The notes under the pieces: model-generated
Seen by the model: only the letters and a program-made list of their open reading frames with translations
The model's database searches: none
What the model was told of the DNA's origin: nothing
Source: Cyanophora paradoxa CCMP329
Taxonomy: Eukaryota; Plantae; Glaucophyta
DNA length: 64,000 nt
Assembly (NCBI GenBank): GCA_004431415.1
Contig: QPMI01000040.1
Coordinates: 372,001-436,000 of the forward strand
Direction of reading: 5' to 3'
Shown here: positions 44,400 through 57,500 of the stretch, piece by piece
How positions within the stretch are numbered: the stretch's first letter is position 1
Layout of the letters: the number at the start of each line of letters is the position of its first letter
Translations under genes and position numbers: made by a program

Positions 44400-46030
44400 C
44401 TTGCGATTGCCTGTTCCCCGGCAAGTCCCCGGTCATCTTGCAGCTCCGATCCGTACCCTGTCTTACCTCTTCCCCTTGCTCTTCCACCTCCACCCCCCGC
44501 ACGGCCCTCTTTGCGACGTGCTTCTGGTTCAGCCCCCTCTTCAGCCCATCCTTAAAGCTTCTTGCCCCCCCTTCTGCTACTGTAACACCGGGCGGCACTA
44601 TCTTTTTGTATGCCCCTCCCGCCGCTACGTCCCCAATCTCTTTGCGTCTACATCCTCTTTAAAATTTCCCGGGTCCGATTGCAAGCCCCCCTTGCCTCAG
44701 CTCTCGATATTCCGTACCCTTCGGCCAGCTGCAGCTGCAGCATATATACCTAGGCCTTCTCCTACACCCTCCCTTCCCCCCTCGACCTCCTCGACCTAGC
44801 TCTGCTCCGCTTCCGAGTGTCAGCTCGAGAGACGTCTTTCTAATTTACGGCCCCCCCGTCTTTCCGGCTCCCTAGGCCTGCTCCCTCTTCGGCGCCTCGC
44901 GATCGGGTCTCACCTGGCGCTCGTGAGATTCGGCGCCGGCACCTTCGTCGCGATCGGGCCCTTGCGCCCTTGAGCTCTTCTCTCTTTACGCCCCCGAGGG
45001 CCTCGGTGTCGTCTAGATCTGTTCCGGCGCCACCCGACCTTAAGCTTTCTCCTGCTTCGCTGCCCTCTCTTCGAATTCGGCGCCGGCAGCGATCGCGATC
45101 TCCTTCACCTGCTCCTGGTCCTTCCCTTACCTTCGGCCCCTCCTCGGCTCCCTCCTCGCCTCTTCCTTCCCCTCCGCCGCATTCCCGTCGTCGGGCCTCT
45201 AGATCGCCTGCCCCTGTCTGCGGGGCTTTTCCTCCGCCGTGCTCGGCACTGGCTTTCATTGCTCTGCCTGGCAGCTGAAGCTCCCTCGTCTTGGCTCCCC
45301 GAGGACGTCTTCGTCGTCGCCGGTCGCTAGCGCTGGGTTCCCGCCCGTTCCCGGTCTGATTTCTCGCCGGGCTTGCCTTCGAATTCTCCTGGCGCCGGCT
45401 CTGCTCCCGGGCCCTCAGCTCCGGATCCGTCTTCCCCGGTCTCTTCCCGGACTCGTGGTCGCGCCCGGCCCCTCGCCGGCTTACTGAGCCTCGGAACTTG
45501 CGTCTCCTTCTGGTTGAAGACTGGTTCCCTTTCGCGGTCTGCCGGGCCCGGGCCGGGCCCTCCGGCCCTTGTCCTTGGTGCCACGGTGCCGAGCTGCCAC
45601 CTCTAGCTATATATATAGATCTGGCTTCGTCTTCTGCTTTGCCGGTTGTATCCCGTCTGCGCCCGCGTTCTCCGTCGACGTCTTCTAGTTTAGTTCGGTC
45701 TGGTTCGAATTCGTTGATGCTAGCGTTAGTTTAGGACTAGTCCTCGTGCTCGACCCTGGCCTGTCGTTCGCGATCGCCGTCATTTGATGTCTCGCGATCG
45801 TACGCGTTCGCTTGTCGTCTCTTCTAAATCTTGATATCGATCTATCTCTGTGTCTTTCTATTTTTGTTGTCGATTTTGGCTATTTGTCTTGTCTTCTTGC
45901 TCTTGTCTTAGTTATTTTGTTTCTTCCTGAGGCTTTGTCCCTGTACATGTGCGGCTGTGCGGCCTGTGCCCCCGGGGCAGCCCCCCCGGTCGCGCCCCCC
46001 GCAGTGCTAGCGCTGGTGTCTAGATCTCAG
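44400..46030 (+). pseudogene. Possible decayed gag-like retroelement fragment
   Basis: Degenerate knuckle FCYCNTGRHYLFVCP at ~44570-44615, followed by pyrimidine-rich Ser/Pro/Arg frames with stops and a T-rich tail ending in a G/C hairpin. Confidence 0.3.
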
Positions 46031-46039
46031 TCTAGAGAC

Positions 46040-46255
46040 TGTGGCCGGTAATTTACCAAAAACAATGATTTGTTAGCGCATGCCGTGGGCCGTGGCGATG
46101 TATTGCCGCCGCCAATTTGCCGGCGCAATTTGCCGCGCAACTGCCGTGTGCAATTACAGTGCTGACTCAGTGAATTGCCGAATTCGGCCGCGCCTCTCGG
46201 CAATTTACCGTAGTACGGCAATTAAAAAAATTTAAACCACGGCAATAAAACTACT
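46040..46255. mobile_element. Degraded MITE related to 47113-47338
   Basis: Clustered AATT(T)GCCG / CGGCAATT repeats and shared TTGCCGAAT..GCCTCTCGGCAAT. TIRs are not clear. Confidence 0.5.
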
Positions 46256-47112
46256 CCGAGGCTCGTATCGCCGGCGATATCGATTCGCCGCGCGCCGCGG
46301 CCGGGATCGGCGCGCGACTCTCGCGATCGACGGCGACTTTCTATATACTAGCTAGTACTACGGTATACTACTAAGTACTAGGCTCCAGATTTTCAAGATC
46401 GCGCCGCGCGCGGCGTCTGCAGCTGACTCAGTGAGTTCATAAAGATTCTGCAGACTCTGATCATGAGATCTTGCTTACAGCGCTAGATCTCGTGAGTCGT
46501 GACTCACCGAGTCGGAGTCCGACGGTCGTGAGATCTCGCGAGATCTTGCGAGATCTTGATTCTTGAGCGATGAAATCAGATATTGTCGAAAAAGGTCTTA
46601 AAGAATCAGCAGTCTCCGATCCGGGAGTCCGGGACTGCATGGCTAAGATCGTGTCCAAAGATCATCGGATCCGGCAAATGAAATACTAGGGACTCACGTG
46701 GCGATCTCGGCGCCTCTTCATACCAAAAAACTTGACTGCCAATCATCACCCAAACGTCAAACATGAATTCCAATCATCTGCGAAAGGTTGAAAAATAACG
46801 ATAACAACGATTCGCGACGTCGAGGTCGACCCGCGCGCGCCGCACGCCGGCGCCGGCGCCCGGGGCCCGGCGCCCGGCGGCGGCGGCGGGCCGGCGCCGG
46901 CGGCCGGCGGCCCGGGCCGCCCGGCGGCCGTTAACGTTGGACCAAACTTGGACGGCGGCGGGCGGCCCGGGGCGGGCCTACCCGTGACCACAGGTCCACA
47001 GGCTACCAGGCTTAGGCCGCTTAGCAGGCTATACCGGACCTAGTACTAGAATACGTACGACTCTGTACGAGACTACTACCGTAGTACTACGAGACTAGTC
47101 CGAGTACCGGTA

Positions 47113-47338
47113 CTGTAGGAATGCTTAAATTGCCGCGTAGTTAAATTGCCGAATTCGACCAAAACCGGAATTGCCGTCACGATAAATTGCCGAAACTCTG
47201 GATTTCTTCTATGGCGCCATACAAAAGCGGCCGTTTAGCCTACCCCCTATAACAATTGCCGTGGCCTAAAATTGCCGAATCCGGCCTCTCGGCAATATAC
47301 GGCAATTTAAAACATCGGCTAAAAAAGCATTCCTACAG
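47113..47338. mobile_element. TA-flanked MITE (Tc1/mariner-type), 226 bp
   Basis: TA|CTGTAGGAATGCTT ... AAGCATTCCTACAG|TA gives perfect 14-bp TIRs, with internal AATTGCCG repeats. Confidence 0.9.
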
Positions 47339-48508
47339 TACTACCGAGTCCTACCGACTCGGCGATCGACCGTTCTCGGCGTGGGACAGCCTGCCGGCCG
47401 CCGGCGCCGCACGTGCACGTGCGGCCGGGCCCTGCGCCGCGGGTCGCCGGCGACTCGCCGCACAGCGTATTACGGCACTTAAGCGGCTTTGCCAGTTGTC
47501 GCTTTCATAATACATTAGCGATCGACGATCGTGGCCGCCGCCGCGACTCGGCGAGAGCGCCATATGCATCAGCTGGCAGCTGCCTAAAGCGAGGCCTGGC
47601 CGATCGCGACAGATCTAGAGGCCGTGCGCAGCAGTGGGCTTCATTGATACCGGCCCGGCGGAACCGCGCATGCAGTTGGATAGCAATCGCGGCAGCTAAG
47701 TATATGCACGGCAGGGCGGCTGCCTGGCGGCTGGCGGCTGCAGCTGGAGACCGATCCCGAAGACGTGGCGTCGAATGTGCCGTGCGTACGCGTATGGAAA
47801 CAAGCGCGCGTGCCCTACATAGACATTCCTGGGGCATAAGCTTATTGAAGTGCTACGGCCCGGCGAGCTCGAGGGGGCCTTCCCCCGGGCCCTGGCCGTT
47901 CCGCCTTCCCCTAGGCCTGGTCTTTGGAGCCTTGCATTTGAAGCGGTGTCTAAATCTTGCGATTGGTCTGTCCCTTTCCCGGAGCCCTGGTCGCGTGCGC
48001 ACTGCCACGCGCGATCGACAGCCAGGCCTAGGCCTAGGCCAGCTGCAGCCGCAACCGCTGCCCAGTCCCGTCCTCTCCGGCCCCCGCCCCCCCTCCGCCC
48101 TACAGCGTTGCTTCTCATTTGACACTCACAGAGTCATATGCGCAGCTTGCTGGCTCGCGACCGGGCTCAATAGGGGCCGCGCGTCGGCCCGAAACCGGTG
48201 GATCGTGCAGTTACAGCTCAGCGGCCTGCGGCCGGATACGGGGGGCGCGCTCGTCGCGTCCCACCAATCGACACACCTCGCCGGCCGCGGCTTCTTTGCG
48301 TTTCATGATCAGCGCCTGCTGCAGCCACATGTACAGGGTACTTCTCCAGCAGCATTTCCAGCAGCAGGCGACTTCTTCAGCAGCTTTAGCGCGTAGGGCC
48401 GACGTCCATCGCCAGTCGCGGCGTCGGCATGCATATGATGCCTATCTGGACTCGGGAACCCAGCGGCCGACCGGATCTGGACCAAACGCAGCCCTCGCTT
48501 ATAATTAT

Positions 48509-51500
48509 ATGAAGCGCGCAGGAAGCTGCAGGAAATGTCGCAGTCCGGTGCGGGTTATCCGCCATACGTTTAGTGCCCTCGCGATCGCCGACTCGATAAG
48601 CACAGGCCTTTGCGGGCTGGGCGTTGTTGCAGCTGCTCCGGGTGACGCTCATTGCTCTGCTCGCGCTGCGCGCGCCGGTGCCGGCGGCCGCGCAGACCGC
48701 CCCCAGTGCCCCGACGTCGGTGGTCGTCACCGTGACTGGCGCACAGTCGGCGAACGTGAACGTGACGCTGGGCGCAAACGGCGGCTCGGCCGTCAACAGC
48801 GTCGAGGCGAGCTGCCGCCAGAGCGGCGGCTCGGTACTCTGGAGCGGATCCTCCGCTGTCTCGGGCGCGACCTTCGCCGTTCTGGCGGCCAGCGGCCTCG
48901 CGGCGAACTCGTCCCACACGTGCTCCGCCACCGCCACGAACGGCGTCGGCACGTCTCCAGCCACCACCTCCACGTCCTTCAACACCTTTGGTGAGGATTC
49001 GCTCAGCTGTATATTGGATCCGGATCCTTCGGCGCGCGCTGACACGTACGGTAGTCTTGCACACCGTCTCGACCACGCAGCTGGCGAGTTTCCCCGCAGC
49101 GTCCCGCAAACTGGCCACGGGGACGCTTTTCAGGAACGGTACGAGCGGCCTCAAGCTGTTCGTGTCGCAAGGCGCAGCGATCAATAGCTTCGTCGCGTAC
49201 GTCTACGACCTCGGTGCGCGACTGTAGGGCCTCGGCGCGGCGGAACCCCGCATTTCAGCTGAGCGGAAGCGCAGACTCGAGTACGTGGAGCACCGCCGCG
49301 GCCGTGTCCCCGCAGCGAGGCTACGGCGCCGCGTGCACGTGGGACGAGGCCGACACCATTTACTGCGCGGTGCGCCCTGTCTTCGGTTGCCTGAAAACTC
49401 CGCGCGGTGCGATCGGAGAGTGGCCTGAAACTCCATTGTAGGGCGGCTACGACGAGGTCACAGTAGGCGCGTCGAATCACTTTTGGAGCCACGCGACCTC
49501 GTTGGACTCAACGACGGTGCTGGACCCGTTGCCCCTTGCCATCTACGGCCACGTGGCGACGTTCTGGGGCGGCACGCTCTGGGTTGGCTCGCCCTCATTC
49601 TGCCCCTTGAAGGCTTTTCGCGAAGCTGATGCTTCTTTGTTCGTTAGATAATTGGTGGCAATGTTCTAAATACCGGTAACCTTTACCGGTGCCATCTTTT
49701 CGTACACTTTATCTTGTCCGGATTCTTACCGGTCCCGTCGACGTCTGTTCTGCAGCTGGTCACCCTTCACAGGGTGGATGGGAGAGACGACTTCCAATAC
49801 GTACGCCGTCAAACTGTACCCTGCCAACGCACGCATCGGTGCAGCTCCCGCTCTTATCGCGCGCTCCATCTGGGTGTTGACGCGTGCCTTTTCCAGGCTC
49901 TAAACTGTACGTGGGCTGGGGCCTAACGGACACTCTGGCTAAAATCTCGTGCGCACAACGTCTCTAGGCTCTCGCTTGTGCGCCGCTCATGCTCCGGGCA
50001 GCGAGTTGGACTTGTCTGCGACGACGAAAGCGTGGCGGACAGTGACCGCGGGCCTCTCGGGCCTGCCCACTCCTTTGACGGACGGCACAATCCTCGCAGC
50101 CTGCGGTGCGCTGCTACTGCAGGCCGCAAAAGACACCACTCCGCGCCTTATCGACCCTGCCAGTGCGCGCTTTTGCTCCCCCCCGCTGCCGCAGTGCCCC
50201 GTGTTTAAGCCGTGCGCAGCCGGCAGCATCGTGGCTGCTGTTTCGAATGCAGCATTTTCCGGGCCCTCGCTCCCTTTGTATGAATCGGTGCACGGTTCAA
50301 ATGCCGCCACGTGCACTGTCGCCGCTGCGACCGGCGCCACCGGCACCGGCGCCGGCGTTGCGAGCGCCCTGGCGTACCGCTTTGACGGTGTGCCCGCTCG
50401 ACGCTCTGAAGGCTTGAGTTCTGTTGAAAGCAGGCCTACTGCGCAGGCGCCTACCCCGGCGATGGCCTCCCCGGCATCACCGAGGTCGTAGCGGCCACCA
50501 GTGGCGTCCGCTCGGCGCGAGTGGAGGTCCGGTTCAGATACAACGGCGGCGTCTCCGTCACTGGCGCCGCCGCAAGTTGTGGTCCGCTTGCGGGCGGAGG
50601 GGCAGAGTGGACCGCGTCCGTGGCGCTACCGAGTGGAGCTAGCGCGACCGTGTTCACAGTGGTTGGGCTCCAGCCGAGCACCGTATACATGTGCTCCGCG
50701 AACGCTACGAACGGCAACGGGATCTCCTCTAACGTGCTTTCGGGCAATTTCACGACATTCCGTGCGCCCTCTGAGCTCTAGTCCGGATCCGTGCGCCGCT
50801 TGATGGGCGGCCAGAGGATGGCGTCTCTGTGGAGGCGAAGCAGCTCGCGACTGGCGTCGCAACGATGGCACGCCGATTTGTTGCCGGCGTTCTCTTCCGC
50901 AACAGCACGGGTAGCCCAAAGTTTGCTGCCATGGGCGGCACTGATGGCACAGCCTACGGAACGAGCGTGTGGGTCCTGGATATCGGTGCGTTTGCCGAAG
51001 CGTGCACGTGCCCAGCCTGTCGACGGTGGCTGCTCATGATCGGGTGCAACGCCGCAGACTCAAACACGTGGGCGACGGCTGCCGTCGTCATGCCTGTTGC
51101 CACGAGGGGCCCCGCGTGCGGATGGGACGAGGCGGACACCATCTACTGCGCCTCCACGACCGCCTTCTGGAGCTTCGCGACGAACATGACGACCCGCACC
51201 ACACTGGAGCCCGTACCTTTGAGCGTAGTGGGCAGCTGCGGGACATTCTGGAATGGAGCCTTTTACGTTTTCACCGACCTGACAGGAACTATGTACTGGT
51301 ATGCGCTGCGTCTTCAATTCACTAGCGCACTCGCTGCGCGTATATATATTTATCGATATCGTTCATTGCTTCAGCTCATTACGGTACTGGGCCGGGACGC
51401 AGGTGGACAGCAAACACGAACTGGGTGAAAGGAACGACGACCGGTGTTTCAAGCTTCACAATTGATACTCCCTGTGCAAGATTAGGTACGCGCGTGCGAG

Positions 51501-54500
51501 CCGTCAAGGGACTTTGAGTTTATTCGTTTTATATAATTATGGCATTCCTTCGAATTCGCAGGTTCGAAGTGGTACATTGGCTGGGTGCCCACAAGAAGCT
51601 CGATCTTGTGCGTTTGCATCATCGCTTTTCGACTTGGGCATTTGCCTATAGCTACCACTAATATAACGCGGGATCATCTGTAGCGAGATCGATCTCAGCT
51701 CGACTGCCAGTCCGCGAGTGGCACGCACGATCTCGGTGTCTCCGGGTATCACGTTAGAGGATTTCAACGCCATGGGCGCTTGCGGGGATCTGCTCATGCA
51801 CGTCACGCGGTACACGCGCCCTCTGCTCATCAACGCGACGAGTGCGCCTCCGAGAGCGCTTGTTCGATCGAGCGCGCTTGCTCAAGCAGCGACCGTTTAC
51901 GCAGCCGGCGCCGTCGTCGCAAGAGCATCCAACACGCGGATGACCGGTTCCACGTTCCCGGTCCAGTACGCCGGATACAGCTCAAACCCGTTCACCTGCA
52001 CGCTGTGCGCGCGCTCGCCATTGTGCGTGCGACGGCTTGGCTCACATACACGCGAAATATATATAGGATCTCGGCGGCCGGCTTGTCGCAGACAATCCTC
52101 ACCGGTTCGCCTTCCAACACGGCCTCCGCATACTCCATAACAGGTTCGTGACCGCTAGAAGAAGTACATAGAATTCAATCAACATCGATATTGTGGCATC
52201 GATATCGCTGCAATCATGACTCGCTTGCCGATGCTAGGCACATACACCAGCGATGGTCTGCCTGGCGTCGCCGACGTCGTAACAACCGTGACTGGCGTCC
52301 TCACTGCGCGCGTCGTCGCCCGGTTCCGCTACAACGGCGGCGTATCCATGACCAGCGCTGCCGCGAGCTGCGGCCCACTTGCGGGCGGGCCGGCGGAGTG
52401 GAGCGCGGTGACAGCGGTGCAGAGCGGGGCGTGGTCGGCGACGTTCCTCGCGAGCGGCCTGCAGGCAAACACGACGTACGTGTGCTGGGCGAACGCGACG
52501 AACGGGGCGGGAACGTCGGCGAACGTGTGGTCGGGCAACTTCACGACGTATGGTGCGCGTCCTGTGTCCTTTCGCACCGTTTTCGTGGAGTTCGAAACTC
52601 TGATCAAGATCGCACAGCCGAAGGCATTGAAGTGAATACCGTCCAGCTGCAGCTTGCAACGGCCTCGGGGTCACCGTCGGTAGCTGGGCGCGCGGATTTG
52701 GCGTCGGCCCTCTTTCGCAACAGCTCGGGCGGCTACAAACTCTTTGTCGCGGGAGGCTGGCTAGGGTCTTACGCCAACGACGGAGCTGTTCTGGATATTG
52801 GTACGATCGCGAATGAATTGACCGTGAACCGTGACCATGGCCAAGCCGAATCTGGGTTGATGCATCCGTAGATTCGAACAGCTGGACAAAGCTGAGCTGG
52901 ACGTTCCCAACGGTGGGGAACACTGCAAATGGAGCCTGTGCGTGGGACGATCTGGACACCATCTACTGCGCTGACAACACGAATTTCTGGAGCCACTCAA
53001 TCGCGAACTCCTCGCTCGCCGCCACCACACTCGAAGACGTCCCGCTCGCCATCACGATCAGCTGCGCAACATTCTGGAACAATTCGTTCTGGGTCCGAGC
53101 CCGACTCGGGCCGATGCTATCATTCGGTTCCCGGACATCAGTATAATACGAAGTATTTCTGATCCGGATCCGTTTCCCCAGGTGATGAGCGATGCGACCG
53201 CCAACATGTATCGGTGCGGCTGTAACTGTTGTGAAGACGACAAGCCCAAATCGATATCGCTGAACGTGAACGCTCCCGCAGGTGGACGCCGAACACCAAC
53301 TGGATCAAGGAGACCACGGTGGGCATTCCAGCCGGGACTGTCGTGGCTGGGAGCCCCTGCGTGCGAATCGGTTTGCGAAAGCCGCGCTCATGAGCTGTCG
53401 TGCTTATCCGTCTAATATTCCGCAAACTGCGCGCTGCAGGACCGAAGTGGTATGTTGGCTGGGCGGCTGTGCCAGCAGCGGGAACGGCTGCAAAGATCTA
53501 GTGCGCTGAACTCGGGATCCGCCTGCGCCGCGCTCCCCTCTGATCCGCGGCGGGGCCGGGCTGGGCGCGTAGCGAGATCGACCTGTCGGTCAGTCCTCGT
53601 TCCGGACGTCTTTTGGCTTCCATCTCCAACCTTCCGTTCAACGCGAATCCGGTCCTGGGGGCCTGCGGCGACCTGCTTGTCGATGCCACCAAAGGCAGAC
53701 GGCCCATCGTTATCGATGCACGCAGTGCGCGCTTTAGGTATACTAATGGTTCGCGCGAGCTCGAGCATGAATTCGAATATCATGCAGCCGGCACTATTGT
53801 GGCGTCTTCCACGACGCACGTCATGACGGGACCGACAATGACACATAGCGGTGCCGCTTATGGCTCGAACCCGTTCACCTGTAACATGCGCGCCCCGGCC
53901 GCGCGCGATAGCGATACGCAGCACTAGGCCTGATATCGCAACTACATGAACAGATACGCTGCGATGGGGCTTGCGGGATATGAAACCGCTGCATACTCGC
54001 CTGCGTCCGGATTCCGCATTGACGGTGCGCCGCGTGAACGGCGTGCGGCAGGCATGTTTATCGCTACTGACGTCGGGTGCACAGTTACGTCCCCTGGCGA
54101 TGGTCTCCCTGGCGTCGCAGACGTCGTCGCGACTGTGACTGGCGTCCTCACTGCGCGCGTCGTCGTCCGGTTCCGCTACAACGGCGGCGTATCCATGACC
54201 AGCGCCGCCGCGAGCTGCGGCCCACTTGCGGGCGGGCCGGCGGAGTGGAGCGCGGTGACGGCGGTGCAGAGCGGGGCGTGGTCGGCGACGTTCCTCGCGA
54301 GCGGCCTGCAGCCAAACACGACGTACGTGTGCTGGGCGAACGCGACGAACGGGGCGGGAACGTCGGCGAACGTGTGGTCGGGCAACTTCACGACGTATAG
54401 TGCGCGGGCTTCACTTGCTTATGTATGTTTGCCGAGGTTCTGATCTAGGCTGCACAGCCGAAGGCATTCGGATTGATGCGGCAATGCTTGCGACCGCACC

Positions 54501-57500
54501 GGCATCGATGTCTGGCCGGATCAATGCGGCGTCGGCCCTCTTTCGCAACGGCTCGAGCGGCTACAAGCTATTCGTCGCCGGAGGTTGGAACGGCGGCTCT
54601 CTCAACTACAACGACGCTGCTGTTCTGGATATCGGTGACCTTTAATTGGACGTACGCAATTGCAAGCCGAATCCGGCCTGATACCTGGGTAGATTCGAAC
54701 AGCTGGACGAAGCTGAGCTGGACGCTTCCAGCGTCGGTGAATTACGGGGCTTGTGCGTGGGACGAGCTGGACACCATCTACTGTGCCGATGACACGAATT
54801 TCTGGAGCTACTCGACTTCCTCGCTCACCGCCACAGCACTCGAAGACGTCCCGCTCGCCATCACGATCAACTGCGCGACCTTCTGGAACAATTCGTTCTG
54901 GGTCCGACCGCGATGCCATCATTCGGTTCCCAGACATCAGTATTATACGAAGTATTCCTGATCCGGATCCGTTTCCCCAGGTGATGAGCGATGCGACTGC
55001 CAACATGTACCGGTGCGGCTGCAACTGTTGTGAAGACGACAAGCCCAATCGATATCGCTGAACGTGAACGCGCCCGCAGGTGGACGCCAAACACCAACTG
55101 GATCAAGGAGACCACGGTGGGCATTCCAGCCGGGACCGTCGTGGCTGGGAGCCCCTGCGTGCGAATCGGTTCGTCAATATTGCTGCACTCATTATCAGTT
55201 GCAATTTGCTCATTGCTACGTGCACGCTGAAGGATCCAAATGGTATGTTGGCTGGTCGACTGTGCCAGTCGCGGGGGCTTCAGCAAAAATCTAGTGCGAT
55301 TGTACCCCGCCAGCGCAGCGCGCCCATCTAAAACGTGGAGGGCCGGGCACGCAGCGAGATCGACCTGTCGGTCAGCCCTCGGTCCGGGCGCCTCGCGGCA
55401 TCCATCTCCAACGTACTTTTTAAAGCGTACCCGATTTTGGGAGCCTGCGGAGACCTGCTTGTCGATGCCACTACAGGCAGGCGGCCATACGTCTTCGATC
55501 CTAGCAGTACGCCCCTTCTGACTTGACGGGCTCGTACGCGCGAGCCTGAATATCATGCAGCCGGAAATATTGTGGCGTCTTCCTCGACCCACGTCATGAC
55601 AGGACCGACCGTGACGCAAAACAGCGCCTCCTTTGCTTCGAACCCGTTCACTTGTGAAACGTGCGGTTCGGTACCTATTTCGTACCTTTCGAATTCACAA
55701 TCACATATAACAGGTACGTTGCGATGGGGTCTGCGGGATACGAATTTTCTGCAATCACCACTCCTGGCTACGGGTTTCGCATCGGCGGTGCGCCTCATGA
55801 ATGTCGCGCGAGTGCGGTGCTCGAGCTCGTAGTTATCCAGACTGAGGTTTGTTTGGTGTGCAGGAAAGCACCTCACCGAAATCGATGGCCTGCCCCGCGT
55901 TGCCGACGTTGTCGCAACCGTGACTGGCGTCCGCACTGCACGCGTCGTCGTCCGGTTCCGCTACAACGGCGGCGTATCCATGACCAGCGCCGCCGCGAGC
56001 TGCGGCCCACTTGCGGGCGGGCCGGCGGAGTGGAGCGCGGTGACGGCGGTGCAGAGCGGGGCGTGGTCGGCGACGTTCCTCGCGAGCGGCCTGCAGCCAA
56101 ACACGACGTACGTGTGCTGGGCGAACGCGACGAACGGGGCGGGAACGTCGGCGAACGTGTGGTCGGGCAACTTCACGACGTATAGTGCGCGGGCTTCGCT
56201 TGCTCATGTATGTTTGCAGAGCTCGAGGTTCTGATCCAGGCAGCACAGCCGAAGGCATTCGGATTGATGCGGCGAAGCTTGCGACCGCGCCGGCATCGAT
56301 GTCTGGCCGGGTCAATGCGGCATCGGCCCTCTTTCGCAATGGCTCGAGCAGCTACAAGCTATTCGTCGCCGGAGGTTCGAACGGCGGCTCTGTCGGTTAC
56401 ATCGACGCTGCTGTTTTGGATATCGGTGACCTTTAATTGGACGTACGCAAGCCGAGTCCGGCCTGACACCTGGGTAGATTCGAACAGCTGGACGAAGCTG
56501 AGCTGGACGCTTCCGGCGTCGGTGACTTACGGGGCTTGTGCGTGGGACGAGCTGGACACCATTTACTGCGCTGACGATACGAATTTCTGGAGCTACTCGA
56601 CTTCCTCGCTCACCGCCACCACACTCGAAGACGTCCCGCTCGCCATCACGATCAACTGCGCGACCTTCTGGAACAATTCGTTCTGGGTCTGACCCCGATG
56701 TTCTCATTCGGTTCCCGGACATCAGTATACATACGTTGTATTGCTGATCCGTTTCACCAGGTGATGAGCGATGCGACTGCCAACATGTACCGGTGCGGCT
56801 GCAACTGTTGTGAAGACGACAAGCCCAATCGATATCGCTGAACGTGAACGCGCCCGCAGGTGGACGCCAAACACCAACTGGATCAAGGAGACCACGGTGG
56901 GCATTCCAGCCGGGACTGTCGTGGCTGGGAGCCCCTGCGTGCGAATCGGTTCGTCAATATTGCTGCACTCATTATCAGTTGCAATTTGCTCATTGCCACG
57001 TGCACGCTGAAGGATCCAAATGGTATGTTGGCTGGTCGACTGTGCCAGTCGCGGGGGCTTCAGCAAAAATCTAGTGCGATTGTACCCCGCCAGCGCAGCG
57101 CGCCCATCTAAAACGTGGAGGGCCGGGCACGCAGCGAGATCGACCTGTCGGTCAGCCCTCGGTCCGGGCGCCTCGCGGCATCCATCTCCAACGTACTTTT
57201 TAAAGCGTACCCGATTTTGGGAGCCTGCGGAGACCTGCTTGTCGATGCCACTACAGGCAGGCGGCCATACGTCTTCGATCCTAGCAGTACGCCCCTTCTG
57301 ACTTGACGGGCTCGTACGCGCGAGCCTGAATATCATGCAGCCGGAAATATTGTGGCGTCTTCCTCGACCCACGTCATGACAGGACCGACCGTGACGCAAA
57401 ACAGCGCCTCTTTTGCTTCGAACCCGTTCACTTGTGAAACGTGCGGTTCGGTACCTATTTCGTACCTTTCGAATTCACAATCACAACTATTACAGGTACG

